DNA from: a virus
DNA length: 59,402 nt
Strand: one strand, 5' to 3'
IMG/VR virus record: IMGVR_UViG_3300045988_086105
Under the pieces are notes generated by a model. That model did not search any database. It saw only the letters and a list, made by a program, of their open reading frames with translations, and was not told the DNA's origin. A program made the position numbers and the translations under genes. Positions 41,266-50,310 of the stretch are shown here, in pieces; the stretch's first letter is position 1; the number at the start of each line of letters is the position of its first letter.

Positions 41266-41682
41266 TTATTTTCCTCCCTTCATCACTGCTGCCTGTGTTA
41301 CCGGAATACCATCGCCGTTGATTGCGGCAAGGCGTTCATCCGGTGTGCAACAGGGATTGCCCAACATGCGGAACAGACCGGAATCACTGGTTGTCTCTAC
41401 ACAGGTTGCATAGCGGGTTCGGGTTCTAAGACCGGATGCCACTACCTGTCTGCAATTTTTCTTTACCATGGGATAAAGCACCGGACCGCCGCCGATGGTA
41501 ATATAGACTGGCGCATTGATTGTTGTGGTATCGGGAATAGCCTGCGCCACCACGATGCACACTTTCCGGTTATTTGCATAACTTCCGGCGGGGAGGTCAA
41601 TAACCAGATTGCCACCGGTAAAAGTTACAGACCGGGAAATAATGAAATTGTCGCATAAGCGGCATACATTTTTACATGCCAT
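41266..41682 (-). CDS. Cargo protein F: Cys-containing beta-rich hypothetical (138 aa)
   Basis: MACKNVCRLCDN N-terminus and CC near the C-terminus. Only a 1-nt gap to the next gene. Confidence 0.6.
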   Translation of the reverse strand: MACKNVCRLCDNFIISRSVTFTGGNLVIDLPAGSYANNRKVCIVVAQAIPDTTTINAPVYITIGGGPVLYPMVKKNCRQVVASGLRTRTRYATCVETTSDSGLFRMLGNPCCTPDERLAAINGDGIPVTQAAVMKGGK

Positions 41683-41739
41683 AAATTTTGCCTCTCTTTC
41701 AAAAAAATTAAGGGATAGACTTTCGCCTATCCCTTATTA

Positions 41740-41976
41740 TCAGCCACGATTGGCGAAAGCTGATTTGATTTCAGCCAGTTCATTCATAATTTCTTTTTGG
41801 TTCTTCAGTATCTTTTCCAGATACTCGCCGTTTTGACGGTGCAATTCCTTTAACAGCACATCGTTAGATGCCTGCTTTTGGTCTTGCTGATAACCCAAAG
41901 TCTGCAAAATTACAGAAAAGATTGTCAGCGCATCCAGAAACGATATTCCTTCTCCATTTTGATTCTGATTGCCCAT
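41740..41976 (-). CDS. Cargo protein E: coiled-coil protein (78 aa; start at the TAATG overlap)
   Basis: ATG 41976 overlaps the upstream stop. Starts MGNQNQNGEGISFLDAL. Confidence 0.55.
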   Translation of the reverse strand: MGNQNQNGEGISFLDALTIFSVILQTLGYQQDQKQASNDVLLKELHRQNGEYLEKILKNQKEIMNELAEIKSAFANRG

Positions 41977-42752
41977 TAAGCACCACATCCACAGCATCCG
42001 TTATTGTAAGCGTATGCGTTAGGATTGGGAACAACGTATGCTGGAATCGCAGTAGGATTTACCGCGTTGATGATTTGCTGTGTCTGTGCACTCATGGCAG
42101 TGGTCAGAAGAGCATTCTGACGATCCTGAGAAGCGGCTATGCGCAGATCGTTGTTCTCTGCCTGCAGAGTAGCGATCTTATCCTGACATAAGTAGTCAAG
42201 GATTGCTCTTGTACCGGCATTCTGACTGTCGATAATGTCACGAGTGTTGTTATTCATGGTGCTCTGCAATGCGCAAGTATTCGTTGCCATATTGTAGTTT
42301 ACACCCTGAATAGCTTCACGGGTATCGCAGCAACATTGTGCTAACTGTGCCTGTAAAGCGTTAGCATTCTGCATTCCTGCTACGGTGTCTGCATTGATAG
42401 CCTGTTGTATGCCATAGCCGGTCTGTAAAATGTTGGTATTTACGCCATTAAATCCGGTAAGCATACCGTTGTTTACAGCGTAGAATCCGTCACACAGACC
42501 GTTGTTGATTCCGTCCAGTTTACCGATGATAGACTGGGTGTCGAACCCTCTTTGCAATGCAGAATCGGTGTAGTAACTGGAATTAGAGCCATTACCGCCC
42601 CAACCATTACCGCCCCAACCTCCAAAAATCGCAAAAATTACGACTATGAACCAGAGCCATCCACCGTCACCAAATGCACCATTATTTCCGTAGCCATTTC
42701 CGGCAGCCGGAATAACAGGCATGGTAAAAGGACTGTTGTTTGTTTCAAACAT
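41976..42752 (-). CDS. Cargo protein D: Gly/Asn-rich single-TM protein with Cys clusters (258 aa)
   Basis: TM WLWFIVVIFAIFGGW flanked by GNGYGNNGAFGDGG and GGNGWGGNGSN. The Q/N/A-rich body contains CCC and ends NNGCCGCGA. Confidence 0.6.
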   Translation of the reverse strand: MFETNNSPFTMPVIPAAGNGYGNNGAFGDGGWLWFIVVIFAIFGGWGGNGWGGNGSNSSYYTDSALQRGFDTQSIIGKLDGINNGLCDGFYAVNNGMLTGFNGVNTNILQTGYGIQQAINADTVAGMQNANALQAQLAQCCCDTREAIQGVNYNMATNTCALQSTMNNNTRDIIDSQNAGTRAILDYLCQDKIATLQAENNDLRIAASQDRQNALLTTAMSAQTQQIINAVNPTAIPAYVVPNPNAYAYNNGCCGCGA

Positions 42753-42823
42753 ATTAGATTACCTCCATAATTTTATTCATAAAGAGGTCTCCCGGGTTTT
42801 GTGCACAAACCTCTAATATGCTG

Positions 42824-43057
42824 TTAAAAAGGAAACTGACTTTTTATCTGTCTTATTACATCATCAGGATTTATACCTTTCGTTTTGCAGATGTTTCTCG
42901 CAAGATTTTCTACTCCTTGGAAATCACCTTTTTGAGCCATCCCATAAGCGTTTTTTACCATGTCGTTAGACATGATCTGGCTGTTTCCCATCATTTTTTG
43001 AACAAACTGCTGTGGATTCTTCATTCCTTGAAGAAATTGCATCGGATTTATATTCAT
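42824..43057 (-). CDS. Cargo protein C: Met/Gln/Asn-rich hypothetical (77 aa)
   Basis: Track ORF with ATGA-type overlap to the upstream gene. Confidence 0.55.
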   Translation of the reverse strand: MNINPMQFLQGMKNPQQFVQKMMGNSQIMSNDMVKNAYGMAQKGDFQGVENLARNICKTKGINPDDVIRQIKSQFPF

Positions 43058-43542
43058 TCTGCGTCTCCTTCTTCTTTAGGCTGCCGTGTCTTAGCGGCTG
43101 TCTTTTTCCCTATTGATTCAGACAGTGATTGCAGTCTTTTTTCTATCTCGTCAAAACGCTGCATAAATGCCGCTGTGGTTTCGTCTGATAGGTCAAATTT
43201 CGATTTTTCTGTTCCGATGGATAAATTTTTAGGGTCTGCATCTAAAACAGGTTTATAAAGCCTTGTATAGATTTTCCCGTCTGCTCCCCAGGACTTTGCA
43301 TAAATTTCAGATAAGTCCTGTTTTGGAAAAAAAGCGGCATTGCCATCCATAGGAACCTCGTTAGGCGCTATGCTTTCAACGGACGGAACAATTCTTCCAT
43401 ACATTGGAATGGTCTGGTTCTGCGCCGCACCAGAAAATTGCGGTTGCTGGTATTCCTGCTGAAACCCTTGTGGAAGAAACTGATTGTACATAGGGTTACG
43501 GTACTGTGGGCTATAATAATTGGGATTCATTATCTGCGGCAT
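43054..43542 (-). CDS. Cargo protein B: Q/N/Y/P-rich N-terminus plus a folded C-terminal region (162 aa)
   Basis: Starts MPQIMNPNYYSPQYRNPMYNQFLPQGFQQEYQQPQF. GGAGGAG RBS. Confidence 0.6.
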   Translation of the reverse strand: MPQIMNPNYYSPQYRNPMYNQFLPQGFQQEYQQPQFSGAAQNQTIPMYGRIVPSVESIAPNEVPMDGNAAFFPKQDLSEIYAKSWGADGKIYTRLYKPVLDADPKNLSIGTEKSKFDLSDETTAAFMQRFDEIEKRLQSLSESIGKKTAAKTRQPKEEGDAE

Positions 43543-43613
43543 AACGCTCCTCCTTATCCATCATTTTAATTTGATTTGATATTTCCGCCTCGTCCAACGA
43601 CTCATAAGCCGGT

Positions 43614-43772
43614 TTATTCAAAGTCCCCATCGGGCTGAAATTTATCAGCATTTTCTTTTTCCTCATCCAGGATTTCTTCGATTGCATGAATAATTTTTGA
43701 CTGAGTAATCAAATCCAGCTTTTGAAGTTCCTTTATTGCAAATATCTTTTCCAACTGATTTTCAGAAAACAT
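43614..43772 (-). CDS. Cargo protein A: acidic helical protein (52 aa)
   Basis: Hand-translated. TAGGAGGAAAC RBS 4 nt before ATG 43772. Confidence 0.5.
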   Translation of the reverse strand: MFSENQLEKIFAIKELQKLDLITQSKIIHAIEEILDEEKENADKFQPDGDFE

Positions 43773-43800
43773 AATGTTTCCTCCTATAGGAAAATTTTGG

Positions 43801-43836
43801 CATAAAAAAAGAGAGAAAATATATCATTTTTCTCTC
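43801..43836 (-). terminator. Hairpin with U7 between attP and the cargo operon
   Basis: GAGAGAAAA...TTTTCTCTC followed by U7 on the minus strand. Confidence 0.55.
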
Positions 43837-43866
43837 AAATAAATCTCATTTGCATAAGGCTTTTTC

Positions 43867-43888
43867 ATGTACCAATTATGTACCAATT
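43867..43888. repeat. Candidate integrase arm-type site (2 x ATGTACCAATT)
   Basis: 22-bp sequence identical to 44093-44114. Confidence 0.7.
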
Positions 43889-44092
43889 ATCGTTTAATTA
43901 TAAATGAATACATAGAATTACATAAGTTACAAAATATCAAAAAAATCTTGAAATAACAGTTTTGCAATGGTTTGAATGGTTACAAGCATTTATAAAATAT
44001 TTGCAATAAACAACGATGCCTAATTTCATATTTTATATTTACCTCTCAAAAACCTCGATTTTACTTTATTTCTCATTTTATTTTTTATTAAA

Positions 44093-44114
44093 ATGTACCA
44101 ATTATGTACCAATT
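44093..44114. repeat. Candidate integrase arm-type site (2 x ATGTACCAATT), abutting the int stop
   Basis: Identical to 43867-43888. The two sites flank a 204-bp AT-rich segment. Confidence 0.7.
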
Positions 44115-44118
44115 TTAA

Positions 44119-45249
44119 TTAAATTACCTTTAACGATTCTGCAACCATGTCCATTTCTTTCTGTTTTTGTTCATCTTTCGTATCGACATAAAGGTTCATG
44201 GTAATACCTATATTTGAATGACCTAAAATTGTTTGCAGTGTTTTTGGCATCATACCCGCCTCTATACATCTTGTTGCAAAGGTGTGCCGCAAAACGTGCA
44301 TAGCAAATTGATGTATTCCTGCCTTTTTGCACACTTTAAAAAGCATAGTGTCGTAAGTGCTATTTTTTACTGGCGTACCTTTTTTGCAAAGAAAAACTGT
44401 GTCGTTCCATTCCATAGAAATACATGGAAACGATTGATTCTTCTTCTTTTGCAATTTTAGAATTTTTATTGCCTCATCAGTTAATGGAATTGTTCTATAC
44501 CCAGATTTACTTTTTGGTTCTCCAGTTCTCCATTCTTTAGTGGAATGTCTATATTCTGTTGTCCTAGAAATTGCCATGACCTTTTTGTTAAAATCAATAT
44601 CTTTCCATTGTAGTCCTACCATTTCCCCTGTTCGCAAACCGGTCTGTAATATAAAAAGATATTGATATTCATAGGGACATCCTATTATTTCATTACAAAA
44701 TTTTTTTTGTTCTTCAATGCTAAGTGCCACTTTTTTTTCCGATGGTAAACCTATATCAGATTTAACCAACTTATTACACGGATTTTTTAGTATTATGTCA
44801 TTTTGGTACGCATAATCAAGCATATTATAAAGTGCAATCCTTGCTTGATAAATTGTAGTTGTTTTGTACCCCTCATCAGCCATATTATTCATAATCTGCT
44901 GGCAGTGTATTGTGTTAACATCTTTTAATAATTTGTTTCCAATAACGGGAGCAATGTTTCTGTTATACCTTTCACTATAGTTTCTTAAAGTATTTGGTCT
45001 TACTACTCTTGATTTTATCGAAATCCAATAATTATACCATGCCTGCACAAGCATATCTTTTGGAAAATCAATATTGCTATGAGAATCATAATATTGACTA
45101 TCCGCAAGCCATTTTTGGCATTCTTTTAACTTTTTAAATAATTTCTGAATACGTTTGCCATTTTTTGAAGTGTATCTTCCAACATAATAGCCATCTTTTC
45201 TTTGGCTTATTCCTTGTCCAAGTTCCTTTCCTTTTAAGTCTTTTCCCAA
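44119..45249 (-). CDS. int: Tyrosine integrase (intact)
   Basis: Arg box LRTGEMVGLQWKDIDF, HVLRHTFATR, GHSNIGITMNLYVD (H-x-x-R...H...Y). Confidence 0.9.
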   Translation of the reverse strand: MGKDLKGKELGQGISQRKDGYYVGRYTSKNGKRIQKLFKKLKECQKWLADSQYYDSHSNIDFPKDMLVQAWYNYWISIKSRVVRPNTLRNYSERYNRNIAPVIGNKLLKDVNTIHCQQIMNNMADEGYKTTTIYQARIALYNMLDYAYQNDIILKNPCNKLVKSDIGLPSEKKVALSIEEQKKFCNEIIGCPYEYQYLFILQTGLRTGEMVGLQWKDIDFNKKVMAISRTTEYRHSTKEWRTGEPKSKSGYRTIPLTDEAIKILKLQKKKNQSFPCISMEWNDTVFLCKKGTPVKNSTYDTMLFKVCKKAGIHQFAMHVLRHTFATRCIEAGMMPKTLQTILGHSNIGITMNLYVDTKDEQKQKEMDMVAESLKVI

Positions 45250-45324
45250 TTTTATTTGCTCCTTTCTATTGTATGAGAAAAGCCTTATGCAGTTTTTTAT
45301 TTTATCACATAAGGCTTTAAAAGT

Positions 45325-45732
45325 CTACAATTCAATATTTTCAGAAATAAACTTTTCAAATTCTTTTCTTTTAATCAAACGTTTTTTTCCTACAAATATT
45401 ACAAAATTGCATTTTGGGTTATTTGACAATTCTCTTATTTTGTTTATTCCAATATTGCTATATTCAGCAGTTTCATCTAGTGTAAGTGTAATTTTTTCCC
45501 ATATAGGAACTGTTTTTTTCATATTTTTTCCCTCAATTTTGTCTTTAATATTTCTTACCCTTCTGTTTACGGTTGCTATTGGAAGAAAAGTTTTTGCAGA
45601 TATTTCCTCTAAACTTTTTCCTTTTGAAAGCATTAAAAATATTATTTCCTCTTCTTTTGTAAAATTGGCATTTTCAAGAATTTTTTCAAGCTCCGGCTTA
45701 GTCAGCTTTGATAACTTCATAAGCCACCTCAT
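45325..45732 (-). CDS. Two-HTH DNA-binding protein: sigma-r4/LuxR-like N-terminus plus excisionase-type (HTH_17) C-terminus; candidate RDF
   Basis: SLEEISAKTFLPIATVNRRVRNIKDKI, then TLTLDETAEYSNIGINKIRELSNNPKCNFVIFVGKKRLIKRKEFEKFI. Immediately upstream of int. Confidence 0.55.
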   Translation of the reverse strand: MRWLMKLSKLTKPELEKILENANFTKEEEIIFLMLSKGKSLEEISAKTFLPIATVNRRVRNIKDKIEGKNMKKTVPIWEKITLTLDETAEYSNIGINKIRELSNNPKCNFVIFVGKKRLIKRKEFEKFISENIEL

Positions 45733-45752
45733 TTAATTATATTCTGGTGTTT

Positions 45753-46064
45753 CTAAATTATCCCTATTTCTTTAAGACAATCATTCCATCCCTTTTTATA
45801 ACCACTAGATGTTTTTACTCCTAACGGGGATATTTGTAAATCAATAGGTTCCTTTTTGTGTTTTTCAGTTTCTACTAAAGGACAATCTGGAGATTTATTT
45901 TGAATGTCCGATATGGAATAATCTAATCCTTTTATTCTTTTTATTTGACACTCAAATGTTTTATGAAAATTCCAATTTCCTAATGGAATTTCTTCTCCTT
46001 TTATGTGGAAAGGACATTCAATACATGATTCCGGCATATCCATAACCAATATTGCTTTAGCCAT
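45753..46064 (-). CDS. Hypothetical Cys-containing protein (103 aa)
   Basis: Track ORF. Confidence 0.5.
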   Translation of the reverse strand: MAKAILVMDMPESCIECPFHIKGEEIPLGNWNFHKTFECQIKRIKGLDYSISDIQNKSPDCPLVETEKHKKEPIDLQISPLGVKTSSGYKKGWNDCLKEIGII

Positions 46065-46365
46065 GATGAACCTCCTTTAGCTGGTTTGCCTTTCTCTGGA
46101 TGGCTCTAAGCTGCCACCCGTCTAGTAGAGTCCGGTCACACACTATTTTCTGCATCAGGTCGTCGAGAGCTTTTTTGTAGGCTTGATTTTCCTTAAAAGT
46201 TCCAAAATCATTTTTATATTGCTCTCTCATTTTTAAATTTTTCAGTTCCTTCAGCCATTTCGCAAGCTGTGCGTGTTCTTCCGCGCATTTAATGCAATGC
46301 ACCCGGTCGTCAAATTTTCTACTTGCCACTTCTTCTGCGTGCGCTATTGCCTCGTCAATATTCAT
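46057..46365 (-). CDS. Hypothetical protein (start moved to ATG 46365)
   Basis: GGAAGGAGTG RBS before MNIDEAIAHAEE. Confidence 0.5.
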   Translation of the reverse strand: MNIDEAIAHAEEVASRKFDDRVHCIKCAEEHAQLAKWLKELKNLKMREQYKNDFGTFKENQAYKKALDDLMQKIVCDRTLLDGWQLRAIQRKANQLKEVHHG

Positions 46366-46367
46366 CG

Positions 46368-47072
46368 CTACACTCCTTCCGGCTTCTCGCACCGCTCAAA
46401 TTTGATAACCCACACCCACGGTGATGCATTCCAACCGTAGCGGTCAAGGTCGGATTTCTTGATGGTGCTGTTCCAAAGAGTCGAAAACGCATATCTTTTT
46501 TCTTCTCCATTCAACACATGAGGATATTCCACCTCTACACCCTCTCTGCCAATCTGCTCAGATGTAATCTCCTGCAACCGCTCCACTCTCACATCCGTAA
46601 CCTTAAGCCAGATACGTGCCGCTTCTTTCGGCATGTGGATTGATGGGTGCCAACGGCAAGGCGATTTTCCTTTCTCCCAAACAAAATCCGCACCGTTGTA
46701 TTCGCATTTTGCTTGTCTGGCATCATTTCTGGATTGATTTACTAACCTATCAAACAGCTCCCGGTCATGTATGTAAGTTAATTCTCCGCAAGTGCCGTCT
46801 TTATAGTCAAAGGCTATCATTTGATTGAATATATCCCATGCTCCAACACGCCATGTCTCTCGGACATAAAGGATATCGCCAGGCTGATACGGTGCTCTTT
46901 TGATACACGGCTCATTCCTGCCGTTGTAGAGCATCAGCCCATTTCTAATATATCCAGTCCACTGTGGATTTTTTCCCGGCAGAAACCTTACCAGCCGCCT
47001 TGTGCAACTCTTTCTCATGTCCAAAATTGCCCTCACCATTTCTGCATTGAATAAAATCGGTTTAATTGCCAT
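46368..47072 (-). CDS. ASCH/PUA-like domain protein (start moved to ATG 47072)
   Basis: MAIKPILFNAEMVRAILDMRKSCTRR...PGDILYVRETW is the typical ASCH-like phage N-terminus. Confidence 0.55.
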   Translation of the reverse strand: MAIKPILFNAEMVRAILDMRKSCTRRLVRFLPGKNPQWTGYIRNGLMLYNGRNEPCIKRAPYQPGDILYVRETWRVGAWDIFNQMIAFDYKDGTCGELTYIHDRELFDRLVNQSRNDARQAKCEYNGADFVWEKGKSPCRWHPSIHMPKEAARIWLKVTDVRVERLQEITSEQIGREGVEVEYPHVLNGEEKRYAFSTLWNSTIKKSDLDRYGWNASPWVWVIKFERCEKPEGV

Positions 47073-47349
47073 CTGGCACACCTGCCTTTCTTCTCGTTTC
47101 CGCCCTATGCTTTGCATCATATCTATTATGGCATTTCTGACACAATGCTCTAAGATTACTGTAATCGCAATTTTCCGGTGTATGGTCTAAATGTGCTATT
47201 GTCAGAACAACTTTTGATCCATTTTCACGGATAGCATAATTCTCAATTCCACAAAATTCACATTTATTGTCCGCTCGCTTGAGAATGTCTTTTCGGATAT
47301 CCTTCCAGTTTGCCGGATACTTTTTCCGATTTTCTGGTTTAATTGGCAT
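47062..47349 (-). CDS. HNH endonuclease
   Basis: CEFCG...IAHLDHTPENCDYSNLRALCQKCHNRYD. Confidence 0.8.
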   Translation of the reverse strand: MPIKPENRKKYPANWKDIRKDILKRADNKCEFCGIENYAIRENGSKVVLTIAHLDHTPENCDYSNLRALCQKCHNRYDAKHRAETRRKAGVPDGN

Positions 47350-47731
47350 CTGCACCACCGCCTTTCACAATCTCGATCAGATCATCCACCAGGTCTGCAA
47401 CCTCGTACATCATCATGGTGCCGTAGGATTTTTCCTGCTGTTCTGCTGTCTTGTTTCCATACTTCGTGCAATCCTTGAGGAATGCTGTCCGTTCTTCCAG
47501 TCGCTCCACAATCATGTCCGACTTAGATTTCTTCTTTCCCTCGTTCGGGCAGTCCTCTCGGATCGGACACCCTCCTGCTTCTATGCACTCTGCGCATGGG
47601 TAGTCCGGGATCTTCTCAATAAGGCTCTCCAGTTCCTTTCTATCCTGATGCTCGATAGCATACTGAAACTCCATATCATTCTCCGCTATGTAATCAGCCA
47701 GAATTTCCACATCAATCAGCTTTCTTCCCAT
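47339..47731 (-). CDS. Hypothetical protein (start moved to ATG 47731)
   Basis: CAGGAGGGAG RBS before MGRKLIDVEILADY. Confidence 0.5.
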   Translation of the reverse strand: MGRKLIDVEILADYIAENDMEFQYAIEHQDRKELESLIEKIPDYPCAECIEAGGCPIREDCPNEGKKKSKSDMIVERLEERTAFLKDCTKYGNKTAEQQEKSYGTMMMYEVADLVDDLIEIVKGGGADAN

Positions 47732-47849
47732 CGTTCTCCCTCCTGTAAATGATAGTCTGCATTGAATCATATAAACCTAATCTTTCCAAAAAGTAATCTG
47801 ACAAAAACACCAAAAGAATGATACATATAACATCTTCAATCAGTCTCAT
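47712..47849 (-). CDS. Small TM protein (45 aa)
   Basis: Hand-translated: MRLIEDVICIILLVFLSDYFLERLG.... GGAGGG RBS 6 nt upstream. Confidence 0.4.
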   Translation of the reverse strand: MRLIEDVICIILLVFLSDYFLERLGLYDSMQTIIYRRENDGKKAD

Positions 47850-47998
47850 TGTTCGCCCTCCTGTTCCACAGTTCTATCACTTTGCCAACTGACCCCCCGG
47901 TTGGTCTTCCCTTCGAAAGTCCGTCTATAAGGGTTCGTGTCTTTGATTCACATACTGTACAGATCCGCCACAGAACGGGCATGGTTTAAGTTCTTCAC

Positions 47999-48376
47999 TC
48001 ATTCTTCATTCCTCCAATCTAATTTTTGACCACAGTTCTTGCAGTATTTGGGCTTTATGTCCAGCGACGTCTCGCAGCATAAATTTACCCTACAACTCGG
48101 ACACAACTCATACGGTTTGCCGTTTATTCCGTTCCACTCATGCCATCCGCCATTTTTGTCGTAACAGCCCTGATGCAATGCTCTTTTGGCCGTCTGTTTC
48201 TCCATCGCCGTCTTGCATTCTTCCACGGTACCGATTGTCCGGTACTGCTGTACCTCTTCCAGTGCCTTAATTGCCACCTCTATTCCCTCAAAAAACTGCG
48301 CTACTCTAATCGGTCTGCCAGTTATTTCTAGCCCACCTTCCAACTTCAACGCTTCAAGTGCTTCATTCTCCGTCAT
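47999..48376 (-). CDS. Hypothetical protein with a C-terminal zinc ribbon (125 aa)
   Basis: CPSCRVNLCCE...YCKNCGQKL. Confidence 0.5.
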   Translation of the reverse strand: MTENEALEALKLEGGLEITGRPIRVAQFFEGIEVAIKALEEVQQYRTIGTVEECKTAMEKQTAKRALHQGCYDKNGGWHEWNGINGKPYELCPSCRVNLCCETSLDIKPKYCKNCGQKLDWRNEE

Positions 48377-48825
48377 GGCTTACTCCTTTCAACTATCTCC
48401 ATTTCACACATCTTTACATATCCCTCTGTAAGTGGCATAGGCAAACAGAATGGTTCGCATTTACTTAGAGCATCTGTTTGAACAACCTCGTAATGCCATC
48501 CAATAACACGATCAACAACTTCCAGCGTTTCTGCATTGATTATATTAAATTCTCCAAAAACTGCTTTTACAAGGTCTTCCGTGTTTCCGTGGCACATCAG
48601 AATATCATTCTCCCAAATCAGCTTGCCGTTCTTGTCCTTAAGTCCTGTACACTGGCAGATAGTGGATGCATCTACAACACAACGGCAGAAAAAATTCAAA
48701 CTATCCTTTGCGTAGAAATAATAACTTTCGTTGCCCTTTTTCGTGCAAAATGGGTATGACAGATATCCTTCCACCCATTCGCCGTTATCAATCCGCTTTG
48801 CGCGGTATAAATATCTATTATTCAT
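48373..48825 (-). CDS. YopX-family protein
   Basis: YRAKRIDNGEWVEGYL...QCTGLKDKNGKLIWENDIL. Confidence 0.7.
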   Translation of the reverse strand: MNNRYLYRAKRIDNGEWVEGYLSYPFCTKKGNESYYFYAKDSLNFFCRCVVDASTICQCTGLKDKNGKLIWENDILMCHGNTEDLVKAVFGEFNIINAETLEVVDRVIGWHYEVVQTDALSKCEPFCLPMPLTEGYVKMCEMEIVERSKP

Positions 48826-49374
48826 CGTTTTCCTCCATTTCTGCTTCTGATTGAAGCCAATTCAACCATTCTCCGCGATCCTCACAATCTGGATAGTCTG
48901 GATTCGCCCACTGATAATCTTCTTTTACTTCTTTAAGAAAACTTGCTAATTCCTCATCCGTCATGCTCCGGATCCGGTCTGCATTGGTCTGCGGCTTTTC
49001 TGTAGGTGTGTCTTTCGCTTCGGCTTCATAGCGTTCCGGCAATGGCATCCATGCGTTGACAAATAAGTCATATGTGGCATAACTCTTTTCATCGTCTCCC
49101 GGATAAAATGCACCGTTTCCGTCCTTGTCAACTTCATATCTGGCAGTGTAAAATTATCAAAGGATAACATGATGTATTTATCATCTTCCGGCTGTCTCTC
49201 ACTTATGGGAATCCATTTTCCAAACATGCCACGTTCTTCGGCATCTTCATAGGCTGCCAATTTTTCAAGCGCTCTACCTTCAAAAAAACTGCCATATTTA
49301 GCATTGCGGACAAATGCAACGCCATCTGTAGCCACTATTCTTCCATCTCCCAATTGTTTAGTCAGTCTTTCCAT
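48818..49374 (-). pseudogene. DUF551-like gene split by a -1 frameshift (or slippage) at a T4/U4 run
   Basis: Frame A gives ...KWIPISERQPEDDKYIMLSFDNF. The -1 frame, from about 49150, continues YTARYEVDKDGNGAFYPGDDEKSYATYDLFVNAWMPLPERY, which completes a DUF551-type domain. Confidence 0.55.
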
Positions 49375-49562
49375 GATTTTATCCCCCTGCAGCGCTCGCA
49401 TTTTCCGTCTGCCAACTCATCCTTGTGATAAGACACCCCACACACGCTACACCTTGCATATTTATTGTCCCTGCAGGTATCGCATAAATGGTAAAACTCA
49501 CCGGTCTCCATATTCCATGCAACTTTTGTTGTTTGCGTCCCACATAAAACGCATTTTCCCAT
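49362..49562 (-). CDS. Zinc-ribbon protein (66 aa)
   Basis: CVLCG...HLCDTCRD...CSVCG...GKCERC. Confidence 0.55.
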   Translation of the reverse strand: MGKCVLCGTQTTKVAWNMETGEFYHLCDTCRDNKYARCSVCGVSYHKDELADGKCERCRGIKSWKD

Positions 49563-49580
49563 GTATTTTTCCTCCTAAAT

Positions 49581-49916
49581 TTAAAATTGTTTTCCGTGCT
49601 TAAAAGGTCTTGTTTTATTAAAATTCATCTTTTCAATAATTGTCGCTTCTAAATCAATGCCGTAATAGTCTGCCATATCAAAGCATCTTATAACCACATC
49701 TGCCAGTTCAGCAGGTACCCCTTCGGGTTTCCCATCTTCACGGTAATATGTTTCCGTTGCTTCTCTGCCGTCTCTGAACTCTTCAAGAATTTCAGAGACT
49801 TCACTGTGAATCAATGCAATAAAATCCGTTGGCTTTATTTCTGCATCTCGAAATCCGTGCGCTTTATTATTTTCACCTACTTCTTTCACAAAGTCATTCA
49901 ATTTTAATTCGCTCAT
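49581..49916 (-). CDS. mazG: MazG-like nucleotide pyrophosphohydrolase
   Basis: IALIHSEVSEILEEFRDG...PAELADVVIRCFDMADYYGIDLE. Confidence 0.75.
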   Translation of the reverse strand: MSELKLNDFVKEVGENNKAHGFRDAEIKPTDFIALIHSEVSEILEEFRDGREATETYYREDGKPEGVPAELADVVIRCFDMADYYGIDLEATIIEKMNFNKTRPFKHGKQF

Positions 49917-49937
49917 TTCTTCTACCTCCGCTAAATC

Positions 49938-50171
49938 CTAATTTTCAGCTATTTTTTCAAAATCTTTTTGCGAAATAACTTCAAACATCACATAATCATT
50001 AGACATAATCATTGCCTGCAATATAACAACATCTCTTTTATTTACAATGTCATCAAATTTTTTACTTCCTCTTTGACAACACTGAAAATAGCTATCTTTA
50101 CAGGTTTTTGACAATGTTCCGCTAACCGCATTTACATTTACTTTTTGTGTTGGGCTATAAGTATCAAACAT
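49938..50171 (-). CDS. Hypothetical protein (77 aa)
   Basis: Track ORF. Confidence 0.5.
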   Translation of the reverse strand: MFDTYSPTQKVNVNAVSGTLSKTCKDSYFQCCQRGSKKFDDIVNKRDVVILQAMIMSNDYVMFEVISQKDFEKIAEN

Positions 50172-50222
50172 CTTTTTACCTACTTTCTAATACACTAAAT
50201 CCTAATTTAACTTATTTAAAAC

Positions 50223-50285
50223 AACTCAAATAGTAACTCAAATTTTTAATTAAATTTTTCACTTCTTAACTCAAAATTTGAGTTA
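50223..50285. repeat. AACTCAAA iterons and a 9-bp-arm palindrome TAACTCAAA-A-TTTGAGTTA
   Basis: Direct copies at 50223-30 and 50235-42, palindrome at 50267-85. Three TTTCACTT repeats follow at 50256-50317. Confidence 0.7.
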
Positions 50286-50310
50286 CTATTTCACTTTTTA
50301 GTTCCTGATT

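Noticed and set aside
45269-45736. 155-aa plus-strand ORF opposite the Xis-like gene
   Set aside because: The product is hydrophobic, low-complexity and Phe/Ile/Ser-rich. It lies antisense to a gene with two recognisable HTH motifs and has no RBS.
47850-48002. Lar-like (restriction alleviation) gene
   Set aside because: One frame gives an RBS-led MSEELKPCPFCGG..., which stops after 25 codons. The -1 frame gives ...CTVCES...ELWNRRA. The two halves overlap the same nucleotides, so no single frameshift restores a two-knuckle Lar protein. It is probably a degenerate remnant and was left unannotated.
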